The position numbers were made by a program, and so were the translations under genes. Positions 28,589 through 37,983 of a stretch of 64,000 nt of DNA are shown here, piece after piece (position 1 is the stretch's first letter; every line of letters starts with the position of its first letter). The notes under the pieces are model-generated. The model made no database searches and had not been told where the DNA came from. It saw only the letters and a list, made by a program, of their open reading frames with translations. This DNA is from an uncultured Candidatus Saccharibacteria bacterium (GTDB taxonomy: Bacteria > Patescibacteriota > Doudnabacteria > UBA920). Location: assembly GCA_964384035.1 (NCBI GenBank), contig CAYLIB010000001.1:48532-112531 (forward strand). The letters run 5' to 3'.

Positions 28589-28665
28589 TGGTGGGCGCAC
28601 TAGGACTCGAACCTAGGACCCTCGAGGTATAAGCTCGATGCTCTAACCAACTGAGCTATGCGCCC
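28589..28665 (-). tRNA. tRNA-Ile(UAU)
   Basis: Acceptor GGGCGCA/TGCGCCC, D-arm AGCTCAGTTGGTTAGAGC, anticodon stem TCGAG/CTCGA with loop CTTATAC, CCA encoded. Confidence 0.6.
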
Positions 28666-28875
28666 AAAATACTAACCTACCAATTATAGGAAAGTTCCAG
28701 CATCTTGAAAAGACCTCCGATAAACATATTCAAAGAATAATAAAGTTATCCCCTGTTGTGCATAAACTGTGCACAACTACCCATTTTTCTGTGGGTAGAA
28801 CAAGGATGAAACATGTAAAACCCAAAATTCCCTTTTTCTATCAACTCCTCTATTCTTTATCTGGATGTTTTTACG

Positions 28876-28934
28876 GATTGCAGATTTGGAAATAGATCAT
28901 TGCTATAAGTAGCATCGCCCAAATATGCGATCCC
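28876..28934 (+). repeat. R3 element copy 1 (short) with 'gattgcagattt' and 'aaatatgcgatccc' termini
   Basis: It ends 21 nt before the purF-like start. An AAGGAGG RBS follows. Confidence 0.5.
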
Positions 28935-28955
28935 GTTTTCAAAAGGAGGAGATTT

Positions 28956-30227
28956 ATGGCAGGAATCTTTGGAATATTTAACCATAACGAAGCAAGTAAC
29001 TTTGCATACCTTGGATGTTATGCCATGCAACAACGTGGTACCAAACAATCAGGTATTGTAAGTTCCGATGAAAACAAACTTTACTCTTTTCATAGTCAGG
29101 GCCTCATAAAAAAATCAGTAAGCGAAGAAACAATCAGACGATTAAAAGGTAAACACGCAATTGCCCAGATAGATCACAAAAGTGGATTAGCACTTCCTTA
29201 CAAATTCAAACACGCCAGCGTAGGAGAAATTGCAGTATGTTTAGACTCGAACCAAAATCAACCTGTTTCATTGTTTAGTCTCTTAGGTAACAACGAACTT
29301 GAAAGTCTCATTCTTAGCAGTCTTCAATATCTAGACTTTAGCTCCGAAGAAACGCTTAGAATGAGTTTGAATGGTGTAAACAAAACGTTCATCGCACTTA
29401 ATAAGAACAAAATGCTAGTTTCGAGAGATCCTTGGGGAAATAGACCTCTAATTTTAGGAAAACTAGGCAAATCCATCTTGGTTAGCACTGAGTCAATATC
29501 CTTCGACCTGCTAGGGGCAGAAATAATACGAGAAGTAGAACCAGGAGAAGTAATTCTTATTACTGACACCTCATTTATCTCTCTTCTAAAAAGGCCTTCC
29601 GAGAACCTTCTTAAGTGCTCTTTTGAACACGTTTATTTCTCAAGACCCGACTCCATTATTTTTGACCAGAGCGTAAACAAAAGCCGTCACAAATGGGGAA
29701 AAATACTAGCAAAGGAACACCCTGTCGAAAAGGATTGTATCACATTAGGAGTACCTGACTCTGGGGTACCAGTAGCAGTAGGATTCTCCCAAGGATCAAA
29801 CACAAACTACTTAAATGGAATAATTCGCAACCGATACGTAGGAAAAATGGAAAGCAATGCTACGTTAAGCCCAAGTAGAGTCCGTACGAAGTTCAACGTA
29901 GACAGATCGTTAATTGAGGGACAAAAAGTTGCTTTACTAGACGATTCATTACTTGGAGGAGAAGTGGCTAGACTTCTAGTTCAGATGCTAAAAGACGCTG
30001 GAGCAATTGAAGTCCACGTTAGGATAGCGTGTCCACCCATTCTTTCCACTTGCCAATTTGGACAAGGCATCTCCAATCAAGGTGTTCTTATCGCCAAGAC
30101 CCATTCATTCGGAGAGATACTCAAACACCTCAAAGCAGATTCACTAGGATTCCTAAGTATGGAAAGTTTTCTCTCTGTGTTTCACTCCAAACAAAATTTT
30201 TGTACCGAATGTATGCGTCGAAGCTAG
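28956..30227 (+). CDS. amidophosphoribosyltransferase (PurF)-like protein with the N-terminal nucleophile Cys replaced by Ala
   Basis: 'MAGIFGIF...LGCYAMQQRGTKQSGIV' aligns with the PurF 'MCGIVGI...HRGQDAAGI' N-terminus. 'EHVYFSRPDS' and the PRTase motif 'VALLDDSLLGGEV' are present, as is a C-terminal CxxC. Confidence 0.7.
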   Translation: MAGIFGIFNHNEASNFAYLGCYAMQQRGTKQSGIVSSDENKLYSFHSQGLIKKSVSEETIRRLKGKHAIAQIDHKSGLALPYKFKHASVGEIAVCLDSNQNQPVSLFSLLGNNELESLILSSLQYLDFSSEETLRMSLNGVNKTFIALNKNKMLVSRDPWGNRPLILGKLGKSILVSTESISFDLLGAEIIREVEPGEVILITDTSFISLLKRPSENLLKCSFEHVYFSRPDSIIFDQSVNKSRHKWGKILAKEHPVEKDCITLGVPDSGVPVAVGFSQGSNTNYLNGIIRNRYVGKMESNATLSPSRVRTKFNVDRSLIEGQKVALLDDSLLGGEVARLLVQMLKDAGAIEVHVRIACPPILSTCQFGQGISNQGVLIAKTHSFGEILKHLKADSLGFLSMESFLSVFHSKQNFCTECMRRS

Positions 30228-30268
30228 ACTTCGATCTTTTTTTATGGAAAAATACATACACGCACTAA

Positions 30269-30580
30269 TTGAGTCGAAAAAATTCGACAAAGAAAAAAAA
30301 TATGGAAGAAGAAGATATAAAAAATATATTCGAAGACAAATATGCAGATTTGCTTGAAATGGGTTATGAGGAATGGTTAGAAAAATCTCCAAAAACCGAA
30401 GATCAAGCATATGCCAGATGCATCGCAATAGATCGTGAGTTAAACAAAACCTACGACGAGTGGTTCGATTCAAAAGGCGACAAGCGGGAAGAGCTAGGAG
30501 AACACCGCGCCAAACTAAAAGCCGAGTACGATCTCATAGAAGAAATATTCAAACTCGAAGCCAACGACCGCAGTTGGTAA
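30269..30580 (+). CDS. hypothetical acidic protein
   Basis: 103-aa ORF. Terminator at 30584-30616. Confidence 0.35.
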   Translation: MSRKNSTKKKNMEEEDIKNIFEDKYADLLEMGYEEWLEKSPKTEDQAYARCIAIDRELNKTYDEWFDSKGDKREELGEHRAKLKAEYDLIEEIFKLEANDRSW

Positions 30581-30650
30581 TAAAAAAGACTAACTTAGTT
30601 AGTCTTTTTTATTACTTTTACCTTTTAGTAATTTCTGCTAGCATTGCCCT

Positions 30651-31319
30651 ATGTTAACAATAGTCCCAACGCCTCTAGGCAACTTAAAAGACATTACCTT
30701 CCGCGGAGTAGAAGCTCTAACAGACGCAGGTTTTATTATTGCAGAAAACCCAAGCTACTCCAGAAGACTACTCGACCACTACAAAATTCCAAAAAAAGAA
30801 TTAGTTCAATTTGCAGACCATAACGAACTGAGAATTTTAGATAGTCTAATAGAAAAACTAAAAACCCAATCTGCATGCTTAATTACCGACGCTGGCACCC
30901 CTGGTATTTCTGACCCCGGCTTCAGACTCGTAAAATCTTGCATAGAAAATAAAATAGAAGTATTAGCTCTGCCTGGTGCAAACGCAGCTATAACAGCACT
31001 TTCTGCTAGCGGACTACCAACCGACAAATTCATTTTTTTTGGCTTCTTAGGTAAAACCGAACCAAAAGTTGTAAAGGCGATCCAAGAGGCAAAAACTACC
31101 GAATCTACAGCATGTTTTTACGAATCTCCTGAACGCATTACAAAAACTGTTAGCTTTATAGCAAAAAACTTTCCAGCGGCAAATGTGGTAGTCGTAAGAG
31201 AAATATCAAAAATTCACGAAGAATACATAAGAGGCACAGCCGAAGAAGTTGAAAAAAACCTAAAAGTCCGCCAAACTATCAAAGGCGAAATAACAGTACT
31301 AGTATCATTTAAAAATTAA
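30651..31319 (+). CDS. rsmI: 16S rRNA (cytidine1402-2'-O)-methyltransferase RsmI (tetrapyrrole-methylase fold)
   Basis: 'LTIVPTPLGNLKDITFRGVEALTDAGFIIAENPSYSRRLLDHY' matches the RsmI N-terminus. Confidence 0.75.
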   Translation: MLTIVPTPLGNLKDITFRGVEALTDAGFIIAENPSYSRRLLDHYKIPKKELVQFADHNELRILDSLIEKLKTQSACLITDAGTPGISDPGFRLVKSCIENKIEVLALPGANAAITALSASGLPTDKFIFFGFLGKTEPKVVKAIQEAKTTESTACFYESPERITKTVSFIAKNFPAANVVVVREISKIHEEYIRGTAEEVEKNLKVRQTIKGEITVLVSFKN

Positions 31320-31332
31320 TCAATTTAAAACC

Positions 31333-31451
31333 GATTGCAGATTTTAGTTAATATTAGAATCGTAATTTTAGAATCCGGCTTTGCCGGTTATAAAATTAGC
31401 TATTGACTGAGAGCGTCAATGCAACTAGTAGAAGCCAAAATATGCGATCCC
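31333..31451 (+). repeat. R3 element copy 2
   Basis: 'gattgcagatttt...caaaatatgcgatccc'. The interior contains 'gaatccggctttgccgg' and a ttgac/gtcaa hairpin. It ends 6 nt before the yebC start. Confidence 0.5.
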
Positions 31452-31457
31452 TTAACC

Positions 31458-32177
31458 ACAATGAGCGGACACAGCAAATGGGCACAAATAAAAAGAAGTA
31501 AAGGAGCAAAAGACGCTAAGCGTGGCTTTCTCTTTTCTAAACTAAGTAAGAAAATCACACTCGCAGCCAAAGCCGGCAACTCCTCAGACCCCAATCTAAA
31601 CTTCCAACTCAGAACCGAAATAGAAAATGCCAAGGCAGAAGGTATGCCAAACGAAAACATAGAACGCGCGGCAAAAAAACCTTTCGGCAAAGACGCAGTA
31701 CAACTAACAGAGGTTGTCTACGAGGCCTATGGCCCATTCGGCACAGCATTCATAATAGAATGTGCTACCGACAACACAAACCGTGCAGTAGGAAATGTTA
31801 AAAAAATTCTAGGTAAACACGAAGGTAATCTAGGTAGCGTTGGTTCAGTCTCCTGGCAATTCACCACAAAAGGCCAAATCCTTATAGAAAAAGACCCCAG
31901 ACTAGATGAATACGAACTAGATGCCATAGAAGCCGGCGCAACAGACACAGAACTCAGCACAGAGGGCTTAATAGTCTATACACAACCAGATGAACTCCAC
32001 CGAATAAAAACTATTCTCACAGACAAAGGTGCTAAAGTAGTAAACAGCGAAATAGTAAAGGAGAGCACTCAACCAGTAGAGCTAACAGACACCCAAAAAC
32101 CCAAAGTCGAAGCACTATTCAATGAACTAGAAGACGACGAAGAAGTCGTAAACGTATACACCAACGCATTACTCTAA
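31458..32177 (+). CDS. yebC: YebC/PmpR-family transcriptional regulatory protein
   Basis: 'MSGHSKWAQIKRSKGAKDAKRG' is the canonical YebC N-terminus. The ORF-track start at 31419 lies inside the R3 element and is rejected. Confidence 0.85.
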   Translation, partial: TMSGHSKWAQIKRSKGAKDAKRGFLFSKLSKKITLAAKAGNSSDPNLNFQLRTEIENAKAEGMPNENIERAAKKPFGKDAVQLTEVVYEAYGPFGTAFIIECATDNTNRAVGNVKKILGKHEGNLGSVGSVSWQFTTKGQILIEKDPRLDEYELDAIEAGATDTELSTEGLIVYTQPDELHRIKTILTDKGAKVVNSEIVKESTQPVELTDTQKPKVEALFNELEDDEEVVNVYTNALL

Positions 32178-32204
32178 AAAAAAACGCCCAAGGCGTTTTT
32201 TTTG
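32176..32204 (+). terminator. rho-independent terminator after yebC
   Basis: aaaaaaaaacgcccaaggcgtttttttt. Confidence 0.6.
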
Positions 32205-32282
32205 TCTTAATCGTCATTCTCTATTCGTCATTCTTCATTCGTTATGCTTTATTCTTAATTCGTTATTCGCTATTCTTCATTC

Positions 32283-32747
32283 ATGATTATATTAGGACTG
32301 GATCCAGGTACTGCCACAACAGGTTTTGCCATAATCCAAAGAGAAAAAAACTTTCCTCTGAAAATTCTGGAACTTGGAGTTATTTCCACTAGTCCCAAAA
32401 AAACCGATGCTGAAAGACTCTGTGAATTGGCGGAAGATATTGAAGCCCTTCTACTAAAATATAAACCGGACAAAGTAGGAATAGAAAAGCTATATTTTGA
32501 AACCAACCAAAAAACCGCCATGACAGTAAGCCAAGCCCGTGGTGTCTTGCTTTACTTGCTTACAAAATACAAAATACCAACTCTCGAACTCACTCCACTT
32601 CAAGTAAAAAGTCGCACTACCGGTTTCGGCAAAGCAGACAAAAAACAAATGCAAACAGCTGTTAAATTACTATTTAAACTAAAAACAATCCCCAAACCCG
32701 ACGACGCCGCCGACGCCCTAGCTATCGCTTTTTGTGTAAGTTTGTAA
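32283..32747 (+). CDS. ruvC: crossover junction endodeoxyribonuclease RuvC
   Basis: 'MIILGLDPGTATTGFAIIQ' N-terminus and 'DAADALAIAF' near the C-terminus. Confidence 0.85.
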   Translation: MIILGLDPGTATTGFAIIQREKNFPLKILELGVISTSPKKTDAERLCELAEDIEALLLKYKPDKVGIEKLYFETNQKTAMTVSQARGVLLYLLTKYKIPTLELTPLQVKSRTTGFGKADKKQMQTAVKLLFKLKTIPKPDDAADALAIAFCVSL

Positions 32748-32806
32748 ATGCTTGCTCCTCAAATAAATCTTTGATAATATTTGCTTAATATTATTAATAC
32801 AAATAA

Positions 32807-32971
32807 ATGTCCGACGATACAATGAACGACGACAGCGGAATGGGTGCTATGGACGAAAGCAACACCGGTGGAACCCCTATGATGGGTGTTGACGACGAAG
32901 CTCCAACTACCGAAGGTGGCGACGAAACCGCCACAGAAGACGAAGGTGCTGGTGCCCACATGGAAGCATAA
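32807..32971 (+). CDS. possible small acidic protein (54 aa, MSDDTMNDDSGMGAMDESNTGG...)
   Basis: Open frame with GC-rich codons (gac/ggt/gcc) in an AT-rich intergenic region. A strong bidirectional terminator follows. No recognisable RBS. Below the ORF-track cutoff. Confidence 0.25.
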   Translation: MSDDTMNDDSGMGAMDESNTGGTPMMGVDDEAPTTEGGDETATEDEGAGAHMEA

Positions 32972-33008
32972 AAAAAGGAAATCCCAATATCGGGATTTCC
33001 TTTTTTAT
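32972..33008. terminator. bidirectional terminator between the small ORF and tyrS
   Basis: aaaaaaggaaatcccaatatcgggatttcctttttt. Confidence 0.6.
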
Positions 33009-34183
33009 TTACCTTGTATATTCACAAACTTTCTTTTCCCTACTTGCAGTAACAAACTTTTACCCTTTTCTATAACAATATTCTTTTCGTTAAATAATTT
33101 ACCATCTATTTTTACACCATTTTGTGAAATTAATCTCCTAGCCTCAGAATTACTCTCGGCCATACCTAGCTCAACCATAAGTTTAAGAGTCTCATAACTA
33201 TCTGATTTCAAAGTTTTACTTGGAATATCTGTTGGTACTTGTTTCTCACTAAATTGCGCTATAAAGCCATTTCTTGCCTGCACAGCTTTCTCTTTCCCAT
33301 GGTATAAGGTAGTTATCGCTTCTGCGAGTTCTAATTTTGAATCTCTTGGATTAGCTGCTTTCATAATTTCTGCAATTTTAGTAACAGGAATTCTTGTAGC
33401 TAATAGAAAATATCTTTCTATTAAATCATCCCGAAGACTCATAACCTTACCAAACATATCACTAGGAACATCCGTGATATTTATTGTATTCCCCCAAGAA
33501 GACGACATCTTTCTACCATCTAACCCCTCCATTAACTCAGACATTAAGATATCCTGCGGCTCCTGTTTATAGAGTGGTTGTAATACTCTTCCAGCTAGTA
33601 AATTAAATCTCTGATCAGTACCCCCAAGCTCTACATCTGCCTTTATGGCAACAGAATCGTAACCTTGCATTAGTGGGTAAAGGAGTTCCCTAAGTGACAC
33701 CCTTTTTCCTGCCTTCATCCTTTTTGCTATATTTTCTCTTGCCTCAAATTCATGTAAAGAAAATTCATTTGCTAATTTTCCAATTTCCGCAAACCCCAAT
33801 TTTTTTAACCATTTAGAATTAAAGTGTGTTTCTGTTTTGTCCTTATCAAGAATTGTAAACGCTTGTTTGAAATAAGTTTTTAAATTTTCTTTAATTACTT
33901 CCTCGGAAAGCATAGGCCTCTCAGCATCTTTATCAGAAGTATCACCAATAATCCCAGTAAAGTCACCGACTATAAATACCACCTGATGCCCCAAATCCTG
34001 AAATTCTCGAAGTTTCCATAAAGCAACTGCTCTACCTATATGAATCGAAGGACTAGTAGGGTCTATACCCAATTTAACTCGCAACTTTTTACCACCCTTC
34101 AGTCGTGCTAATAAATGCGGCCTGTCTATAACTTCACTAACCCCTCGGGTCAATAATTGTTCAATTTTATCGTTTTTATTCAT
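33005..34183 (-). CDS. tyrS: tyrosine--tRNA ligase with C-terminal S4 domain
   Basis: 'LGIDPTSPSIHIGRAVALWKLREFQDLGHQVVFIVGDFTGIIGD' (HIGH region) and KMSSS 'KMSSSWGN' are present. S4-like 'RRLISQNGVKIDGK'. Confidence 0.9.
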   Translation of the reverse strand: MNKNDKIEQLLTRGVSEVIDRPHLLARLKGGKKLRVKLGIDPTSPSIHIGRAVALWKLREFQDLGHQVVFIVGDFTGIIGDTSDKDAERPMLSEEVIKENLKTYFKQAFTILDKDKTETHFNSKWLKKLGFAEIGKLANEFSLHEFEARENIAKRMKAGKRVSLRELLYPLMQGYDSVAIKADVELGGTDQRFNLLAGRVLQPLYKQEPQDILMSELMEGLDGRKMSSSWGNTINITDVPSDMFGKVMSLRDDLIERYFLLATRIPVTKIAEIMKAANPRDSKLELAEAITTLYHGKEKAVQARNGFIAQFSEKQVPTDIPSKTLKSDSYETLKLMVELGMAESNSEARRLISQNGVKIDGKLFNEKNIVIEKGKSLLLQVGKRKFVNIQGK

Positions 34184-34262
34184 AAATTTAGTTTAGATAG
34201 TACATTCAAACTAACATTTATTATAATAGGTTGCCAAACAAAAAAATCGAGACCCGCTCGAT

Positions 34263-34640
34263 TCACTTCTTACAAACCAACTCCAGACCGTTCTCCTTTG
34301 CATAACACCTCAACCACACTAGGGTTTCTTCTATCTCAGAAGAATAAAAGAAACCACTAACTCTCCATTGATTACTCCCCTTTAGAACTAGCTTTATCTC
34401 GAGCCACCTATTTTCAAGTTGATAAAATATGATGCTTCCACGAGACATTCCAAAATTACTAATAGATACGGCGGCCCCCGGATAACCATGAGACTGCAAG
34501 TCTAAAGTTTTGCTAAAATTCTGACAAACCTGAATAGACACCAAAGCCGGTATTAGAGCCCTTAAAACAAGCAGAAACTTCGGCCCGCATTCTCTAGCGA
34601 ATTCAAAAAGATCAACTGAGTTATTACCAAAAAATGGCAT
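34263..34640 (-). CDS. hypothetical protein
   Basis: 125-aa ORF. Confidence 0.3.
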   Translation of the reverse strand: MPFFGNNSVDLFEFARECGPKFLLVLRALIPALVSIQVCQNFSKTLDLQSHGYPGAAVSISNFGMSRGSIIFYQLENRWLEIKLVLKGSNQWRVSGFFYSSEIEETLVWLRCYAKENGLELVCKK

Positions 34641-34740
34641 ATCTTCCCTCCCTATTTTTACAAACTCTACCCAAAACCGATTACTTTAAATAAATATTTC
34701 CTACCTGTCAAACATCTCTATACATTGATATAATCCTTAT

Positions 34741-37578
34741 ATGAAAATAATAAGCGTAAACAAAGATTCTAAATCATTTGAGTCTAAACCCAAAAAAAAG
34801 TCGAACAAAATTAATTACCGAAAACTAATCCTATGGTCATTTAGATTAGCGGCTTTTGGTTTTCTTTGTTTATCTATTCTCTTCGTCTACTTTTGGTTCA
34901 CACTGCCAACCCCAGAAGAACTTATGAATCGTAAGGTACCAGAGTCTACAAAAATTTTCGACCGAAACGGTAACACACTATACGAAGTTCATGGTGAATA
35001 CAAAAGAACACTTGTCGAAACGAAAGATATAAGCAAAGACTTGCTCCATGCCACCGTAGCGATTGAAGACAAAGATTTCTATAAGCATGGTGGAGTATCT
35101 CCCTGGGCAATATTCAGAACCATTATCCAAGATATTTATAAAAGACGCTCAGCGGGTGGAAGCACTATAACTCAGCAGTTCGTAAAAAATGCCGTACTAA
35201 CCAGAGATAAAACCGCTATCAGAAAGCTAAAAGAAATTTTCCTCGCTGTCCAAATAGATGCCAAGTACTCTAAAGAAGACATTTTAAAATTTTATCTAAA
35301 CGAAATCCCTTACGGAAGAAACGCCTATGGCATAGAAGCAGGATCTCAGGCTTATTTCTCTAAATCAGCCAAAGACCTTACCCTGGCAGAAAGCGCATAT
35401 CTCGCCGCTCTACCCCAAGCACCTAGCTATTACAGCCCATCCGGCCCCAACAGAAAAGCTTTAGACTCAAGATTTAAAACTGTACTGAAAGTAATGCGTG
35501 AACAAAATTACATAACCGAAGAACAAGAGAAAGCTGCACTAACTGAAAACGTAGTATTCCAAGCATCAAAAACAGCACTGATAGCTCCTCACTTTGTCCT
35601 TTATGTGCAAGACTACTTGGCTCAGAAGTATGGTGAAAAAACCCTAGAAGAAGGCGGCCTTAAAGTATATACAACACTAGACTCAGAACTCCAAAAACAG
35701 GCAGAAATAATAGTAAAAGAAGGTGTTGCTAAAAACTCAACTAAATACGGAGCAGGAAACGCAGGACTCGTCGCTATAGACCCAAAAACAGGACAAATAC
35801 TGGCCATGGTTGGAAGTAAAGACTACTTCGGAAAATCAGAACCTGAAGGCTGTACACCAGGAAAAAATTGCCAATTTGAACCAAACGTAAACGTTACCCT
35901 TGCCAATAGACAACCAGGAAGCTCATTTAAACCATATGTATATCTGACTGCATTCAAAAAAGAATCTGGATATTCTCCCGCTACAATGCTAATGGACGTA
36001 ACTACGAACTTTGGGACCTTTAATGGAAAACCCTACATACCAAACAATTATAGTTTTCAAAATTACGGACCGGTTTCTATGAGAGCCGCCCTTGCGGGAT
36101 CGCTCAACATCCCTGCTGTAAAAACTCTTTCACTTGTAGGTGTCGATAATGCTACTCAAACCGCCAGAAGCCTGGGAATTACCACCCCACTTGAAAACTG
36201 TGGACTCTCACTAGTACTAGGTGGTTGCGAAGTAAAATTACTTGATCACACCGCAAGTATGGCTACCATAGCTAACGGTGGAAAGAAAAATGAGAAAACA
36301 GCAATTCTAAAAATAGAAGACAAAACCGGAAAAATAGTCGAAGAGTGGAAGCAAGACGAAAAAGAAGTCATAGACCCAAAAGCAGTTTACCAGCTCACCT
36401 CTATAATGACCGACAACAATGCTAGAAGTTATATTTTTGGAAGCAACTCCCCACTTAATTTCGGCGACCGCTCTGTTGCTTGTAAAACCGGTACTACCAA
36501 CAACTGGCACGACGGTTGGACTATGTGTTTCACTCCTAGTCTGGCAGTTGGCGTATGGTCCGGTAACAACGACGGAAAGTTATTAAAAAAAGGGGCAGAC
36601 GGTGTGTACGTAGCAGCCCCTATCGTAAATGGATTTTTAAAAGCAGCACTCAAGGACAAACCCAAAGAGGAGTTTAAAAGACCTGACGGCATGGTGGATG
36701 TAGTAGTAGACGTAGTCTCAGGGAAACTTCCAACGCAATTTACCGAGAACACTAAAAGCGAAATTTTCGCTGATTACAACCAACCAAAAGAATACGACGA
36801 CATTCATGTAGGAATTAAAATAGATACCACAACCGGAGAACCAGCTACGGAGCTCACACCCCCAGACAGAGTCAGCATAAAAACATACACAGCATTCCAT
36901 AGTGAACGTAGAAACAATCCTAATTGGGAAGACCCAGTAGTTAAATGGGCAATAGAAAAGGGATACGTTTACCCACCCGGAAGCGGTGTAATAATACCAC
37001 CCGACGGAACAAACCCAGAAACCACAGGAGCGTTCGACATAAACGTGCTCTCTCCAACAGACGACGCAGCTATTATGCAACTCCCCTATAAACTTCAAAT
37101 AGAGACACCTCCAGGAGTTAATGTATCTCGAATGGACATCTCTATAGACGGCACCTTAGTCCAAAGCGTCACCGGAGGAGTTAAAGAAGTAGATATAAAT
37201 AAAAAATTAACAGATGGGCGACACACTTTGGTAGTAAAAGTAGTAGACTCCAACGGTAAAACCGGCAACAGCAGCGTAAATATATATTACTCACTTAACA
37301 ACCCTCTATTTATCAGTAACCCCAAGGATGGAGATACCCTAGACCTCCCTACTAGTATTTACGCCCTAAGCGAACAAAACCTTGGCCAAGTAGTCTTCTA
37401 CTACCAAGTAGGAAACGGTGCACAAAAAATACTAGGCACCACAGACCCAATAGACAACTCTGGTTCCTACCGCTACGAACTCAAAATAACCGACATCCCA
37501 GTAAAAGGCACAGTAAAAATCCAAGCCAAATCCCTCGGCGGATCCAGCAGCAACAAAATCACTATTACAGTTCCCTAA
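34741..37578 (+). CDS. bifunctional class A penicillin-binding protein (GT51 glycosyltransferase + transpeptidase) with C-terminal Ig-like extension
   Basis: GT51 motifs 'ATVAIEDKDFYKHGG' and 'GGSTITQQ'. Transpeptidase motifs 'SSFKP' (SxxK), 'SLN' and 'KTGTT'. N-terminal TM anchor. Confidence 0.85.
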   Translation: MKIISVNKDSKSFESKPKKKSNKINYRKLILWSFRLAAFGFLCLSILFVYFWFTLPTPEELMNRKVPESTKIFDRNGNTLYEVHGEYKRTLVETKDISKDLLHATVAIEDKDFYKHGGVSPWAIFRTIIQDIYKRRSAGGSTITQQFVKNAVLTRDKTAIRKLKEIFLAVQIDAKYSKEDILKFYLNEIPYGRNAYGIEAGSQAYFSKSAKDLTLAESAYLAALPQAPSYYSPSGPNRKALDSRFKTVLKVMREQNYITEEQEKAALTENVVFQASKTALIAPHFVLYVQDYLAQKYGEKTLEEGGLKVYTTLDSELQKQAEIIVKEGVAKNSTKYGAGNAGLVAIDPKTGQILAMVGSKDYFGKSEPEGCTPGKNCQFEPNVNVTLANRQPGSSFKPYVYLTAFKKESGYSPATMLMDVTTNFGTFNGKPYIPNNYSFQNYGPVSMRAALAGSLNIPAVKTLSLVGVDNATQTARSLGITTPLENCGLSLVLGGCEVKLLDHTASMATIANGGKKNEKTAILKIEDKTGKIVEEWKQDEKEVIDPKAVYQLTSIMTDNNARSYIFGSNSPLNFGDRSVACKTGTTNNWHDGWTMCFTPSLAVGVWSGNNDGKLLKKGADGVYVAAPIVNGFLKAALKDKPKEEFKRPDGMVDVVVDVVSGKLPTQFTENTKSEIFADYNQPKEYDDIHVGIKIDTTTGEPATELTPPDRVSIKTYTAFHSERRNNPNWEDPVVKWAIEKGYVYPPGSGVIIPPDGTNPETTGAFDINVLSPTDDAAIMQLPYKLQIETPPGVNVSRMDISIDGTLVQSVTGGVKEVDINKKLTDGRHTLVVKVVDSNGKTGNSSVNIYYSLNNPLFISNPKDGDTLDLPTSIYALSEQNLGQVVFYYQVGNGAQKILGTTDPIDNSGSYRYELKITDIPVKGTVKIQAKSLGGSSSNKITITVP

Positions 37579-37681
37579 TACATAAAAGACGAAGCAATTG
37601 CTTCGTCTTTTTTTACTATTTATAAATTATTATTGACAAATAAAGAAAAGAGTAGTATAATAATGAATTCACTCTAAACCT

Positions 37682-37954
37682 TTGCCACTACAGGAGGGCA
37701 ACATCATGTCATTTGAAAATATTGGCTTCTATGCTTTCATGATATGCCTCGTTGGAGCACTTATATCCAGCTTACGAGGTTCACGGATTGCAACTGGGAT
37801 CTTCTCTATCCTCGCAGGCATAATTTCCGCGATTTCTACCTGGGTACAATTTTATTATCCGGGTGGAGACGGTGAATTCGCAGCCATTTGCTCGATTTTA
37901 GCAGTCATTTTTCTACTAGCTGGCATTGGTCAGATAGTAAATAAAGGGGATTAA
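37682..37954 (+). CDS. hypothetical small membrane protein
   Basis: Two hydrophobic helices. Confidence 0.35.
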   Translation: MPLQEGNIMSFENIGFYAFMICLVGALISSLRGSRIATGIFSILAGIISAISTWVQFYYPGGDGEFAAICSILAVIFLLAGIGQIVNKGD

Positions 37955-37983
37955 TAACTACCATATTTTATCTATGGTATTTT

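Noticed and set aside
31419-31457. ORF-track start of yebC at 31419 (MQLVEAKICDPLTT…)
   Set aside because: It lies within the R3 terminal repeat 'aaaatatgcgatccc'. The YebC family starts at MSGHSKW (31458).
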